A stretch of DNA of 64,000 bases from an uncultured Collinsella sp. (GTDB lineage Bacteria > Actinomycetota > Coriobacteriia > Coriobacteriales > Coriobacteriaceae): assembly GCA_900542315.1 (NCBI GenBank), contig UQMV01000006.1, forward strand, positions 4,211-68,210, read 5' to 3'. Of the stretch, positions 40,896 to 53,682 are shown one piece after another. The notes beneath the pieces were generated by a model. That model was not told where the DNA came from, did not search any database, and saw only the letters and a program-made list of their open reading frames with translations. Each line of letters starts with the position of its first letter. The stretch's first letter is position 1. A program made the position numbers and the translations under genes.

Positions 40896-41312
40896 TTAGG
40901 CCTCCGCTTCGATCTCGACGATTTCGTTTTTGATGTACATGCCCTGGTTGTCCCAGACATTGCGGCAAGCAACGGCAAAGCGCTCGCGGTCGGCTTCGCA
41001 GATGCGGGCGAACATGTTGCAGGTGCCAAAGGGCTCGCACACGTCAAAGAAGATACAGATTGACGACCATCCGCCATACCAGCTCACGGCGCCCGCCGGC
41101 TCGTGAAAGACGGGGTTCTCGATGTGCTCGTAATTGGCGATGGGACCCGATACGGGATAGGTTACCTCGGCATCGCAGATCTTAGCCGAAAAGATACGTG
41201 ATTCGACCGGACAGGACGATTCGAACAGCTTACACGCCTCGGGAGCCTTGTCCCAGAGCATGTCGGCGAGAAACGTCTCGCCATTCAGCGTGATCTTGAG
41301 CATTTTTGTCAT
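40896..41312 (-). CDS. hypothetical protein, possibly DUF3830 (cyclophilin-like)
   Basis: 139 aa beginning MTKMLKITLNGETFLADMLWDKAPEACKLFE with a GAGGAGG RBS. The longer called ORF is an upstream extension. Confidence 0.4.
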   Translation of the reverse strand: MTKMLKITLNGETFLADMLWDKAPEACKLFESSCPVESRIFSAKICDAEVTYPVSGPIANYEHIENPVFHEPAGAVSWYGGWSSICIFFDVCEPFGTCNMFARICEADRERFAVACRNVWDNQGMYIKNEIVEIEAEA

Positions 41313-41916
41313 AGTAAGGACCTCCTCAATCCGTCGCTCAAGGGGTTCGCTGGCGGATAAGGAGAAGACAGCAGCGGGGTCGCCGAACCCAAACTTCACG
41401 ACAGGTCTCTGTCGCCCCAGCCCGCGCTGTTCTTCGCTAAAGTACCATGCCGCAATTGCGCGTGCAATATCAGTTTTTGATTTTCTGGAAGCGGCAATCG
41501 ACGAGACGGCTCGCCGGCTGCCGGCCGACGCGCGGCATAGGCACTCATCTATATTCCTTATGCTGGATGAAAAACGCCATGTTATTGCAGGGCTGCATAC
41601 TCGTCCAATAAGTGCATAGAATCTCGTATAGTGCGAGTAAGATATTACGCTGCCTGTTTTGTGTTTAGCAAAGATACAGTTTGCATAATCTGGTCTAATC
41701 CCTGCTCTATTAAAATAAAGTCGCACGTAAATGGCGTAAACATATCTGAGCTGGGGTTCTGTACGCTGAGCGGATAAAAACGACCGTTCACCGTTCAACT
41801 ATTTTCAAAATGAATAAAATGAGCGATAAAGAGAATATAAACCTTAATAAACTCGCGTATTGCACGGACGCGGGTTATTAATGGGTTGTAGGCCTTTTAC
41901 AGAAAGGATTCCAGCA

Positions 41917-42879
41917 ATGTCTAAGCCTCTTGGCAAGCCCGATCGTATTGTCGTCGCCCTTGGCGGCAACGCCCTCGGCAACAACCCCGTTGAGCAGATC
42001 GAGGCCGTGAGCAACACCGCCCACGCCCTTCTCGGCCTGATCGAGCAGGGTAACGAAATCATCATCACCCACGGCAACGGTCCGCAGGTCGGCATGATCC
42101 AGAACGCCTTCGCCGCTGCCCACGACGCCATCGGCACCCCCGAGATGCCGCTGCCCGAGTGCGGCGCCATGTCCCAGGGCTACATCGGCTATCACCTGCA
42201 GCAGGGCATTGGCCGCGAGATGCACAAGCGCTATAAGCGTTGGCATGCCGCAACCGTCGTCACCCAGATCGAGTGCGACCCGGACGATCCCGCGTTCAAG
42301 AACCCGACCAAGCCGATCGGCCCCTTCTACACTGAGGAGCAGGCCAAGGAGTTCATGGCCGAGGATCCTTCCAAGGTCTTCGTCGAGGATTCCGGCCGCG
42401 GCTGGCGTCGCGTCGTCGCTTCCCCCGATCCCAAGAAGATCGTCGAGGCTGACTCCATCCTCAACCTTCTCGACAACGAGTTCATCGTCATCGCCTGCGG
42501 TGGCGGCGGCATCCCCGTCGTCCGCGACTACGAGAACAAGGGCTGCTACAAGGGCGTTCCCGCCGTCATCGACAAGGACCTGGGCGGCGAGCTGCTGGCC
42601 GAGGACTGCGATGCCGACGTCCTGTTCCTGCTGACCGCCGTTGAGCATGTCGCCATCAACTTTGGCAAGCCCAACCAGGAGGAGCTCGAGGACATCACCG
42701 CCGACGAGGCCGAGCGCCTGGCCGACGAGGGTCAGTTCGGCAAGGGTTCCATGGAGCCCAAGGTCCGCGCCGCCATCAAGTTCGCCCGTTCCCGCAAGGG
42801 CCGCACCTGCATCATCGGCGCACTGGACAAGGCCGCCGAGACCATGGCCGGCCTCTCCGGTACCCGCATCCACGAGTAA
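41917..42879 (+). CDS. arcC: carbamate kinase
   Basis: N-terminus MSKPLGKPDRIVVALGGNAL and GNGPQVG and ACGGGGIPV motifs. Confidence 0.9.
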   Translation: MSKPLGKPDRIVVALGGNALGNNPVEQIEAVSNTAHALLGLIEQGNEIIITHGNGPQVGMIQNAFAAAHDAIGTPEMPLPECGAMSQGYIGYHLQQGIGREMHKRYKRWHAATVVTQIECDPDDPAFKNPTKPIGPFYTEEQAKEFMAEDPSKVFVEDSGRGWRRVVASPDPKKIVEADSILNLLDNEFIVIACGGGGIPVVRDYENKGCYKGVPAVIDKDLGGELLAEDCDADVLFLLTAVEHVAINFGKPNQEELEDITADEAERLADEGQFGKGSMEPKVRAAIKFARSRKGRTCIIGALDKAAETMAGLSGTRIHE

Positions 42880-42946
42880 CCTCTACTCCATTGCCTCTCT
42901 CGTGGGCGCCAGGCAAGGCGCCCACAAACTAGCCTCTCTTCATGAG

Positions 42947-42980
42947 CCCCGCAGTCCGCTCCGGCTGCGGGGCTTTTGCT
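42947..42980 (+). terminator. rho-independent terminator after arcC
   Basis: ccccgcagtccgctccggctgcgggg followed by cttttgct. Confidence 0.6.
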
Positions 42981-43153
42981 ATTCACCTAGTCATTGGAAC
43001 CCGGCACTTAGGGACGTTCCTTTCCTGTCGGCAGCTTGGGACAGTCCTTAATAGCCATTGGGGACGTTCTTAAACGACTAGTCAAACAACAACGTTCACA
43101 ACGACTACTCATTTAAGTCTGTCCCCAATGACTGCCCAATGGCTGGGAAGGCG
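42973..43153. repeat. dispersed composite repeat element, copy C
   Basis: The GGCACTTRGGGACGTTCC tandem module and the CATTGGGGACGTTCTTAAA...TTTAAGTCTGTCCCCAATGA palindromic module also occur at 48841-49320, 27668-27730 and 34404-34466. Confidence 0.65.
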
Positions 43154-43307
43154 CATCCCACACCGACGCATTGCCTTCGGGCCCTCTCCCCAGGCTCTCC
43201 ATAGCTCAGCTGGACTCCCCGCAACCTGTTCCGAGTTGGCGGAACGAGCGCGACGTGGAGTGTCATTCTTTACCGCGTTAGACTAGACGCAGGGAAAGGA
43301 GGAGGAC

Positions 43308-45203
43308 ATGGATGCTCGCGTCAAGCAGCTTGTAAATATGATCGAGGACGCTCAGCCTGTCGCTGTCGCGGTACTTGCCAAGCGTCTCGAGGTAAGCGAG
43401 CGCGCCGTGAGAAACTATATCCATCGCGCAAACGACAACCTTGCAGGGGTTGCACGCATCGTTGGCAGCAAGGGGCAGTATCGTATCGATGTTGCACGTG
43501 CAGATGAGCTTGCTCGCTTGCTAGACGGTGCGGCTCTGGCCCATCCGGGCATTCCTGATACGCGCGACGGCCGTGTGTCCTTCCTTCTTAACGACCTCCT
43601 CATGCGGTCCCAGTGGGTGACGATTGAGGAGTATGCGGATTTACTCTACGTTTCGGCGCGAACTCTGTCCAATGACATGCGTCTGGTAGAGCAGAAACTC
43701 GCCCAATTTGACTTAACGCTCGAAAAGCGCCCACGCTACGGAATCCGCGTTGCGGGCGGGGAGTCACAACGGCGCCTGTGCCTGGCCTCGCTGGTGAGGC
43801 CCGTGTTGCCCGACACCGACGATGCAAAGCTCGCCGAGCGCCTGCGGGCCATCGCCGCATGTGTGGACGATGCCCTGACGGCCTCGCCCGTCACGGTGAG
43901 CTCGCTGGCATCCCGCAATCTCATCATGCATCTTTACATTGCTCTTGGCCGCATCGAGCAGGGCTGCTATGTCCCAGCTGCAGAATCGGACGTTCAAAAA
44001 CTGGAGGGAACGCGCGAATACGCCGCGGCTTTCCAGATTGCCGCAAACATCAAGGATGCCCTGGGCGTGAGCATGCCCCGAGAAGAGGTTGCCTTTATCG
44101 CAATCCATTTGCTCGGCAGGGGCACGGGCGTGCCCGAGAAGGGCTCTGCCGTTATCTCGGACGAGATGTGGGAGATTGCTTCCGAGATGGTACGTGCGGT
44201 CAACGATGAGTTTAGGTTTGACTTTAGCGGCGATCTTGAACTTCGCATGAACCTTGCTCGGCATATCGGCCCTCTGGGCTATCGCCTTGAATATCACATG
44301 CATATGGATAACCCCATGCTGCCCGATATCAAGACGAGGTTTCCGTTGGCCTATTCGATGGCAGCTGGCACCTCGCAGGTACTCGAGCGTCATTTTGGCA
44401 GCCAGCCCTCTGATGAAGAGCTCGGCTACATCGCCATGGCATTTGCCCTGGCCCTCGAGCAGCAAGCCGACCAGCCGCGTCGCAAGCGCATCCTGATCGT
44501 GTGCGCCTCGGGAGCGGGAAGCGCCCGTATGCTCGAGCACCAGTACCGCAAGCAGTTTGGCATGTATATCGATTCGATTGAGACATGCGATGTCGCCCGC
44601 GTGGGAACGTTCGATTTTTCGCACATCGACTACGTGTTCACAACGGTGCCGCTCAACGTCAAGTTGCCCGTGCCCGTCCGCGAGGCCGATTTCTTCTTGG
44701 AGACGAGCGATGTCAACGCTATCCGCAAGGTGCTGAGCGACGACACTGCGCAATCGGACTCCGTAAGCTCTTTCTTTAGCCGTGCCCTGTTCTTCAACCG
44801 CGTTGAGGCGCCGTCGAAGCAGGCCGTTCTCCGATATCTCTCCGAGCGCGCCGTCGAGAGCGGCCGTGTCGATGCCCAGTTTGCCCAAGAGGTCGCCGAG
44901 CGCGAGAGCGCGAGTGCCACCTCGTTTGGCAATGGGGTAGCCATGCCCCATGGGATGCATCCCTTGAGCGCCGAGGCCTTTGTTACCGTGGGCCTGCTCG
45001 AACATCCCATTCTTTGGGACGAATACGGCCATGAGGTCGATATCGTCTTTATGGTGTCGTTTGCCCGGTCGGGCGGCGATGAGGCGCGGATCTTGAGCTC
45101 ACTGCTCGCCGAGATCTTTATGGACCGCCAGGGGGTCGAGCGCCTACGCGAGCGCCGGTCCTGGCATGAGCTGATGGCGCTTGTGCAAGCGCATACGGCT
45201 TAA
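43308..45203 (+). CDS. PRD-containing transcriptional regulator with PTS EIIB-like and EIIA-like domains (LicR/MtlR type)
   Basis: N-terminal HTH, two PRD modules, EIIB(Gat)-like segment (ILIVCASGAGSARML) and a C-terminal EIIA(Mtl/Fru)-like domain. Sits upstream of the cellobiose-type PTS genes. Confidence 0.8.
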   Translation: MDARVKQLVNMIEDAQPVAVAVLAKRLEVSERAVRNYIHRANDNLAGVARIVGSKGQYRIDVARADELARLLDGAALAHPGIPDTRDGRVSFLLNDLLMRSQWVTIEEYADLLYVSARTLSNDMRLVEQKLAQFDLTLEKRPRYGIRVAGGESQRRLCLASLVRPVLPDTDDAKLAERLRAIAACVDDALTASPVTVSSLASRNLIMHLYIALGRIEQGCYVPAAESDVQKLEGTREYAAAFQIAANIKDALGVSMPREEVAFIAIHLLGRGTGVPEKGSAVISDEMWEIASEMVRAVNDEFRFDFSGDLELRMNLARHIGPLGYRLEYHMHMDNPMLPDIKTRFPLAYSMAAGTSQVLERHFGSQPSDEELGYIAMAFALALEQQADQPRRKRILIVCASGAGSARMLEHQYRKQFGMYIDSIETCDVARVGTFDFSHIDYVFTTVPLNVKLPVPVREADFFLETSDVNAIRKVLSDDTAQSDSVSSFFSRALFFNRVEAPSKQAVLRYLSERAVESGRVDAQFAQEVAERESASATSFGNGVAMPHGMHPLSAEAFVTVGLLEHPILWDEYGHEVDIVFMVSFARSGGDEARILSSLLAEIFMDRQGVERLRERRSWHELMALVQAHTA

Positions 45204-45322
45204 GACTTCTTTTGTCGATAACCCTGTCTGTCTACCTGCAATAAACCTCGAGGATTGCGGGCGGGAGATAGGCGTTTCGAATATTCAAGTACAAACCAAA
45301 CATCACGGGAGAGGAGACCGTT

Positions 45323-45649
45323 ATGGACGATCAGGGAACCGAGATGGTTTCGTTTCAGCTGGTCGCTGCAGCGGGAGAGGCACGCAGCCTTGCCTTCGAA
45401 GCCCTTGAAAAGGCAAAAGCGGGGGATTTTGACGCCGCCGCCAAACTCATGAAGCAGTCAAAGGATGCGGGAATCAAGGCTCACCACATCCAAACGCAGC
45501 TGCTTTCGACTGAGGCAGCGGGCGAGCATCTGTCGGTGGATGTGTTGCTGGTCCATGCTCAGGACCACCTCATGTGCTCCATGCTTGCTCAGGAGCTCGT
45601 GCAGGAGCTGATCTGCCTGTATGAGTGCACTGCAACCAAGAACGCCTAG
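45323..45649 (+). CDS. PTS lactose/cellobiose-family EIIA component
   Basis: 108-aa helical protein with the characteristic KAHHIQTQLL motif. Confidence 0.85.
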   Translation: MDDQGTEMVSFQLVAAAGEARSLAFEALEKAKAGDFDAAAKLMKQSKDAGIKAHHIQTQLLSTEAAGEHLSVDVLLVHAQDHLMCSMLAQELVQELICLYECTATKNA

Positions 45650-45695
45650 CGGCGTGCGGTGACTATCCAACCAATCAATGCGAAGGGAATCCCTT

Positions 45696-45989
45696 ATGAA
45701 GATCCTTCTTGTTTGCGCAGCTGGTCTGTCTACAAGCATTCTGATGAAGAAACTCGAGAAATATGCGGAGCAAAACGGCATCGAGCTCGATATCGATGCG
45801 GTGGGTATCGGCGAGTATCAGGAGACGTGCGCCAATTATGACGTGCTGCTCTTGGGGCCGCAGGTGTCCTACCAGCTCAACACCGTCAAGCAGGGGAGCG
45901 GTAAGCCGACCGCGGTCATCCCCGCACAGGACTACGGCATGGGCAACGCCGCCAACGTGCTGGCACTCGCCCAGTCGCTGTTGGGTTAG
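45696..45989 (+). CDS. PTS lactose/cellobiose-family EIIB component
   Basis: MKILLVCAAGLSTSILM phospho-cysteine loop. Confidence 0.85.
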   Translation: MKILLVCAAGLSTSILMKKLEKYAEQNGIELDIDAVGIGEYQETCANYDVLLLGPQVSYQLNTVKQGSGKPTAVIPAQDYGMGNAANVLALAQSLLG

Positions 45990-45998
45990 GAGGCAACC

Positions 45999-48804
<2,806 letters not shown>

Positions 48805-48821
48805 CCCTTGCAAGCCTGCTG

Positions 48822-48854
48822 CCCCCGTGGCTCGTTTCGGCCGCGGGGGCTTTT
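48822..48854 (+). terminator. rho-independent terminator after the GH1 gene
   Basis: cccccgtggctcgtttcggccgcggggg followed by cttttgct. Confidence 0.6.
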
Positions 48855-49320
48855 GCTATTTACCTAGTCCCCGATGAGACCCTCATTCTGTGGGTAGTCA
48901 TTGGGGACGTTCTTAAAAAGACTAGTCATTTAAGTCTGTCCCCAATGACTGCGGAAACCCGGCACTTGGGGACGTTCCTTTTCTGCTGGCAGCTTGGAAC
49001 AGTCCTTAAAGCCCGCATCAATCAACTGCGGAAAGCGCATCCCAGAATGAGCGTCCAACATGGGGTGCGGTTTCCCTTGAGGCCCTCAATCGGAAAATGC
49101 ATCCCGGATTATTGTCGAAAAGCGGTCCCTAGTTTCCCAAACGGGCCGCTAACGGAAAGCGCACCCCGCTATTGGGCCCCAAAGCAGGATGCGCTTTCCG
49201 TGCTGGCAGTTCCAAGCAGTTCGGGATGGCCCTTTTCGTCTGCTCTCGGCCGGCGTCCGTAAGACTGTCCCCGACGACCACTCATTTAAGTCTGTCCCCA
49301 ATGAGTGCCCAATGACTAGT
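48841..49320. repeat. dispersed composite repeat element, copy D, with an embedded GGAAAGCGCATCCC array (49005-49200)
   Basis: Carries the same modules as copy C in opposite order, plus about five units of ctgcggaaagcgcatcccagaat-like repeats in both orientations, and terminal copies of CATTTAAGTCTGTCCCCAATGA. Confidence 0.65.
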
Positions 49321-50350
49321 AGTAGGCCCACATGGCTTCGACTTCGTTGAGGACCTCTACGACGCCCCAGCGTCGGGCGCTGCGGCTGGCCGAGTTGGGA
49401 TCGAAGACTTCAGTCTGGTCGGCGTCGTCAATACCGTAAAGCACAATGTAGTGGCCCACGTTGGTAAAGGTGCCCGGCCGAACGGCGGCGATGACGGGCG
49501 CTCCCGAACGCAGCGCCTGAGTCATCGAGTCGCGATCGTTATGAAGCTCCGTTCCGTTAAGTCCCAACTGCCACGCACCGCTCGTCATAAACGACCATTC
49601 GGTTGCACCGGTGGGGGCGTAATTGCCTGCCTCGGAAAGCGCGCACATATCGACGGGAGTCATATCGGTGCGTCCCGTCTTAAAGATATAGACCATGGTG
49701 AGGCACGTAGGCCCGCAAGCATTTTGGCGGATGGTACCGCCGGCGTAAGGCAGCTCCGACCATGCAGGGTCGATCTGATAGATATGGGGCATCGTGCCGG
49801 CTTGCCATTGCGAGCGCGGGGTCGAAAAGGCGAAAGAATAACCGGGCGCGACGGGGGCCTTGAGCAGCTTGTCCTCGGCGGTGGGCTCGAGACCGGCCGA
49901 GCCGTGGGACATACAGGAGCTCATAAGCACAAAGACCAGACAGATGAGGATAGAGCACAGTGCGAGGCAAAGCCGACGAGCCGGCAGGGCGGGGGCATTC
50001 ACGTACGATGTCGAGCGGTAGGGCTTGCCGTCGCGTCCGCCTTGGGGATGCGAAAAGAAGCGGTTGATATGGCTGCCGGGCTGACGTGCGCCGTTGCGGC
50101 GCAGTTGCGGAACCTCGGCTTGGCGCTGTCGAGTGCGCGCGCCCAAGCGGCTATCTTGCTGTGCGCTTGTGCCCGTGCTCGGACGGCCACTCTGCCGTGT
50201 TCTGTTTGTCTGCTGCCGAGACGAAGGCCTGGGTTGCTCTTGAGGGCGTTGCGGATTGCTGCTCGTGGCACTTCTGGGCGTCGGCGTGGTGCGGCCAGCA
50301 AGGCGAACGCTTTGTCGCCGTTGATCACCGTCGTTGTATCCGTATGCCAT
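49316..50350 (-). CDS. membrane-anchored C39-like (papain-fold) peptidase domain protein
   Basis: Disordered Arg/Gln/Pro-rich N-terminus, one TM helix, and a C-terminal domain with candidate catalytic Cys (NACGPTCLTM) and His (VGHYIVLYG). Confidence 0.55.
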   Translation of the reverse strand: MAYGYNDGDQRRQSVRLAGRTTPTPRSATSSNPQRPQEQPRPSSRQQTNRTRQSGRPSTGTSAQQDSRLGARTRQRQAEVPQLRRNGARQPGSHINRFFSHPQGGRDGKPYRSTSYVNAPALPARRLCLALCSILICLVFVLMSSCMSHGSAGLEPTAEDKLLKAPVAPGYSFAFSTPRSQWQAGTMPHIYQIDPAWSELPYAGGTIRQNACGPTCLTMVYIFKTGRTDMTPVDMCALSEAGNYAPTGATEWSFMTSGAWQLGLNGTELHNDRDSMTQALRSGAPVIAAVRPGTFTNVGHYIVLYGIDDADQTEVFDPNSASRSARRWGVVEVLNEVEAMWAYY

Positions 50351-50709
50351 TCGTACCGCCTTGTCTCATGTATAACCTGTCTATCCTACAAAAAAGATGT
50401 GCAACAAATGGGTCCGCGCGTCAAAAGCTCGGTAAACGGTACGAAAGGCGCAAAACACACGGCCTCAAAAACATCTCTCTATGCGTCCGATGAGCGTACG
50501 CCCGTCGGACGGGCGACAACAATGAGCGGCAAACCGTGCCGTTCGTCCCAAAAACGGCGCCGCTCGTTTTGCAGTTCAGCCTTCGGTCGAGCTGCGAGCG
50601 GCGCTGCTGCGCCAAGGCCGTATCTTAAAGCCATGGAATAAAAGCGCGCGGCAAAACGGACCGCGCAAGGGGTGACGCCAAGGGCGTCAAAAAGGAAAGG
50701 AGGGGAACA

Positions 50710-52161
50710 ATGGCGGACAAGAACGCAGAAGTTGCAGTCGAGGATAATGGCGGCATGAAGAAAACGCTTTCGCTCTGGAACTTCTTCACCATCGGTTTCG
50801 GTGCTATCATCGGTACCGGTTGGGTTCTGCAGGTCGGTGACTGGATGGTCGTGGGCGGCGGTCCCGTTCCCGCTATGATCGCATTCCTCTTGGGTGCAAT
50901 CTTCCTCGTGCCCGTCGGAGCTGTTTTCGGTGAGCTCACGGCTGCTATCCCCATCTCGGGCGGTATCGTCGAGTATGTCGATCGTAGCTTTGGCCGTACG
51001 CTGAGCTACATCACCGGTTGGCTCCTTGCCCTGGGCAACGGCATCCTGTGCCCGTGGGAGGCCATCGCCATCTCGACCCTCGTGTCCGAGATGTTCGGCA
51101 GCCTGCCCGGTCTTGAGTGGCTGCGCGCCGTCAAGCTCTACACTATCCTGGGCGCCGACGTTTACCTGTTCCCGACGCTGATCGCGCTCGGCTTTGCAGT
51201 CTACGTCATCTTCCTCAACTTCCGCGGTGCCAGCTCGGCCGCCAAGCTCCAGGCCTTCCTGACCAAGGCTCTGCTCTGCGGCATGCTGCTCGCCATGGGC
51301 GTCTCGCTGTTCACCGGCTCGCCGGACAACGCCATGCCCGTGTTCTCCCAGGTCACCGGTGCCGGCGGCGGCAAGGCCGCGACCGAGAGCACCAGCCTGT
51401 TCGCCGGCATCGTGTCGGTCCTGGTTCTGACTCCGTTCTTCTACGCCGGTTTCGACACCATTCCCCAGCAGGCTGAGGAAGCAGCCGAGGGCCTCAACTG
51501 GAACAAGTTCGGCAAGATCATCTCCCTGGCCCTGCTGGCCGCCGGCGGTTTCTACATGGTCTGCATCTACTCGTTCGGTACCATTCTCGACTGGCATGAG
51601 TTTGTTAAGAGCCCGGTTCCCGCACTTGCCTGTCTCAAGGGCATCAACATGCTCCTGTACCTGGCCATGCTCGTCATCGCCACGCTTGGACCCATGGGCC
51701 CGATGAACTCCTTCTACGGCGCCACGAGCCGCATCATGCTCGCCATGGGCCGCAAGGGCCAGCTGCCCGAGAAATTCGCCGAGGTCGATCCCAAGTCAGG
51801 CGCTCCCAAGCTCGCCTGCGTCGTTCTGGGCGTCATCACCGTCATCGGTCCGTTCCTGGGCAAGAACATGCTCATCCCTCTGACCAACGTGTCGGCTCTC
51901 GCCTTCATCTTCTCCTGCGGCATGGTCGCCCTCGCCTGCCTGCGCATGCGCTTCACCGAGCCCGACCTGCCTCGTCCCTACGAGGTGCCCGGCGGCAAGT
52001 TTGGCATCGGCCTCGCTATCGCTGCCTGCGCTATCATCATCGGCCTGCTCGTGATCCCGTTCTCTCCCGCCTCCCTCAACATGGTGGAGTGGAGCATCGT
52101 GATTGGCTGGTTGGCTATTGGCCTGGCCCTCATGGCTTTCACCAATTCCCGCAAAAAGTAA
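50710..52161 (+). CDS. APC-superfamily amino acid permease
   Basis: 483 aa with ~12 TM helices and an N-terminus typical of amino-acid/polyamine transporters (FFTIGFGAIIGTGW). Confidence 0.8.
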   Translation: MADKNAEVAVEDNGGMKKTLSLWNFFTIGFGAIIGTGWVLQVGDWMVVGGGPVPAMIAFLLGAIFLVPVGAVFGELTAAIPISGGIVEYVDRSFGRTLSYITGWLLALGNGILCPWEAIAISTLVSEMFGSLPGLEWLRAVKLYTILGADVYLFPTLIALGFAVYVIFLNFRGASSAAKLQAFLTKALLCGMLLAMGVSLFTGSPDNAMPVFSQVTGAGGGKAATESTSLFAGIVSVLVLTPFFYAGFDTIPQQAEEAAEGLNWNKFGKIISLALLAAGGFYMVCIYSFGTILDWHEFVKSPVPALACLKGINMLLYLAMLVIATLGPMGPMNSFYGATSRIMLAMGRKGQLPEKFAEVDPKSGAPKLACVVLGVITVIGPFLGKNMLIPLTNVSALAFIFSCGMVALACLRMRFTEPDLPRPYEVPGGKFGIGLAIAACAIIIGLLVIPFSPASLNMVEWSIVIGWLAIGLALMAFTNSRKK

Positions 52162-52292
52162 CGCCTAGCCGGGGCGGATCGGGTGCGCGGAATCCTCTCT
52201 CCCGCGCACCGAACCCGGCACCACTTGGGTAGCTTTGTGAGGCCTTAACCCAACACGGCCTCGCCCACTATATGGATCCATAAGGAGGAACC

Positions 52293-53570
52293 ATGTCCAC
52301 TAAGTATGCAATCGTTGGCGGCAAGCTCATCGACGGTACCGGCGCCGAGCCGGTCGAGAACTCCCTCGTTCTCGTCGACGACAACGGCAAGATCGAGTAT
52401 GCCGGCACTATGCAGGACCTTCCCGAGGGCGTTGAGGTTATCGATGCCGCCGGCAAGACCGTCCTTCCCGGCCTGATCGACACCCACCTGCACTTCTCGG
52501 GCAACCTGACCGACGATGACACCGATTGGGTCATGCAGCCGCTCCTCGAGAAGCAGGCCGTCGCCGTCAAGCAGGCCTACGACTGCCTCACTCACGGCCT
52601 CACCACCGTCTGCGAGATCGGTCGCTTTGGTATCCAGATCCGTGACTGCATCGACAAGGGCGTCTTCAAGGGCCCGCGCGTTCTGGCCACCGGCCTCGGC
52701 TTCTGCCGCGTTGCCGGCCACGGTGACTCCCACCACTGCACCCAGGAGCTCAACAAGGAATCCCATCCCTGGGGCGACCAGGTCGACGGTCCTTGGGATT
52801 TGCGCAAGGCCGTCCGTCGTCGCCTGCGCGAGAACCCCGATGCCATCAAGATCTGGGCTACCGGTGGCGGCATCTGGCGCTGGGACTCCGGTCGCGACCA
52901 GCACTACTGCTCCGAGGAGATCCAGGCCGTGGTCGAAGAGGCCAAGATGGTCGGCATCCCCGTGTGGAGCCACTGCTACAACAACCACGCCGCTGCCTAC
53001 GATTCCGTTCGCTTTGGCTGCGAGCAGCTGATTCACGGCTTCGATATCGATGAGCGCACTATGGACCTCATGGCCGAGCAGGGCACCTTCTTCACCCCGA
53101 CGATCGCCTTCCTGCCCACCTGGTACGCCACCTATCCGCCCGTCTACGTCCCCGAGCTGCACGACAAGTACGAGGGCACCCTGGTCGAGAAGGAGCTGCA
53201 GCGCAACTACGACTGCCTGCGCGAGGCCAAGAAGCGCGGCGTCGTCATGACGATCGGCTCCGACTCCTTCTCCTTCGTCACCCCGTACGGCACCTGCTCC
53301 ATCGAGGAGATGTACGAATTCGTCGACAAGATCGGCTTCACCCCGGTCGAGACCATCACCTGCGCCACTCTCAACGGTGCCAAGATGTGCCACATCGAGG
53401 ACGAGACCGGTTCCATCGAGGCCGGCAAGTGCGCCGACCTGCTGGTCGTCAACGGTGACGTCGCCGCCGACATCCACGTGCTCAACACCGACAACATGGA
53501 CGTTATCATGAAGGACGGCTGGATCGTCGAGGCGGGCACCTTTGGCGAGGCCAACAAATACAGCGCCTAA
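52293..53570 (+). CDS. amidohydrolase-family metal-dependent hydrolase
   Basis: N-terminal PGLIDTHLHF metal-binding motif and a TIM-barrel amidohydrolase fold. Confidence 0.8.
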   Translation: MSTKYAIVGGKLIDGTGAEPVENSLVLVDDNGKIEYAGTMQDLPEGVEVIDAAGKTVLPGLIDTHLHFSGNLTDDDTDWVMQPLLEKQAVAVKQAYDCLTHGLTTVCEIGRFGIQIRDCIDKGVFKGPRVLATGLGFCRVAGHGDSHHCTQELNKESHPWGDQVDGPWDLRKAVRRRLRENPDAIKIWATGGGIWRWDSGRDQHYCSEEIQAVVEEAKMVGIPVWSHCYNNHAAAYDSVRFGCEQLIHGFDIDERTMDLMAEQGTFFTPTIAFLPTWYATYPPVYVPELHDKYEGTLVEKELQRNYDCLREAKKRGVVMTIGSDSFSFVTPYGTCSIEEMYEFVDKIGFTPVETITCATLNGAKMCHIEDETGSIEAGKCADLLVVNGDVAADIHVLNTDNMDVIMKDGWIVEAGTFGEANKYSA

Positions 53571-53682
53571 ACTACCGTTCATCGACGACTGGATGTAAAA
53601 CACAGTATTTGATTGCATAATGCAATGGAGAGGGTCGCTTGCGGCCCTCTTTATTGCTATGGGTGCGATAGATAAAAGGGGG

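Noticed and set aside
41878-42873. 331-aa minus-strand ORF
   Set aside because: Antisense to carbamate kinase.
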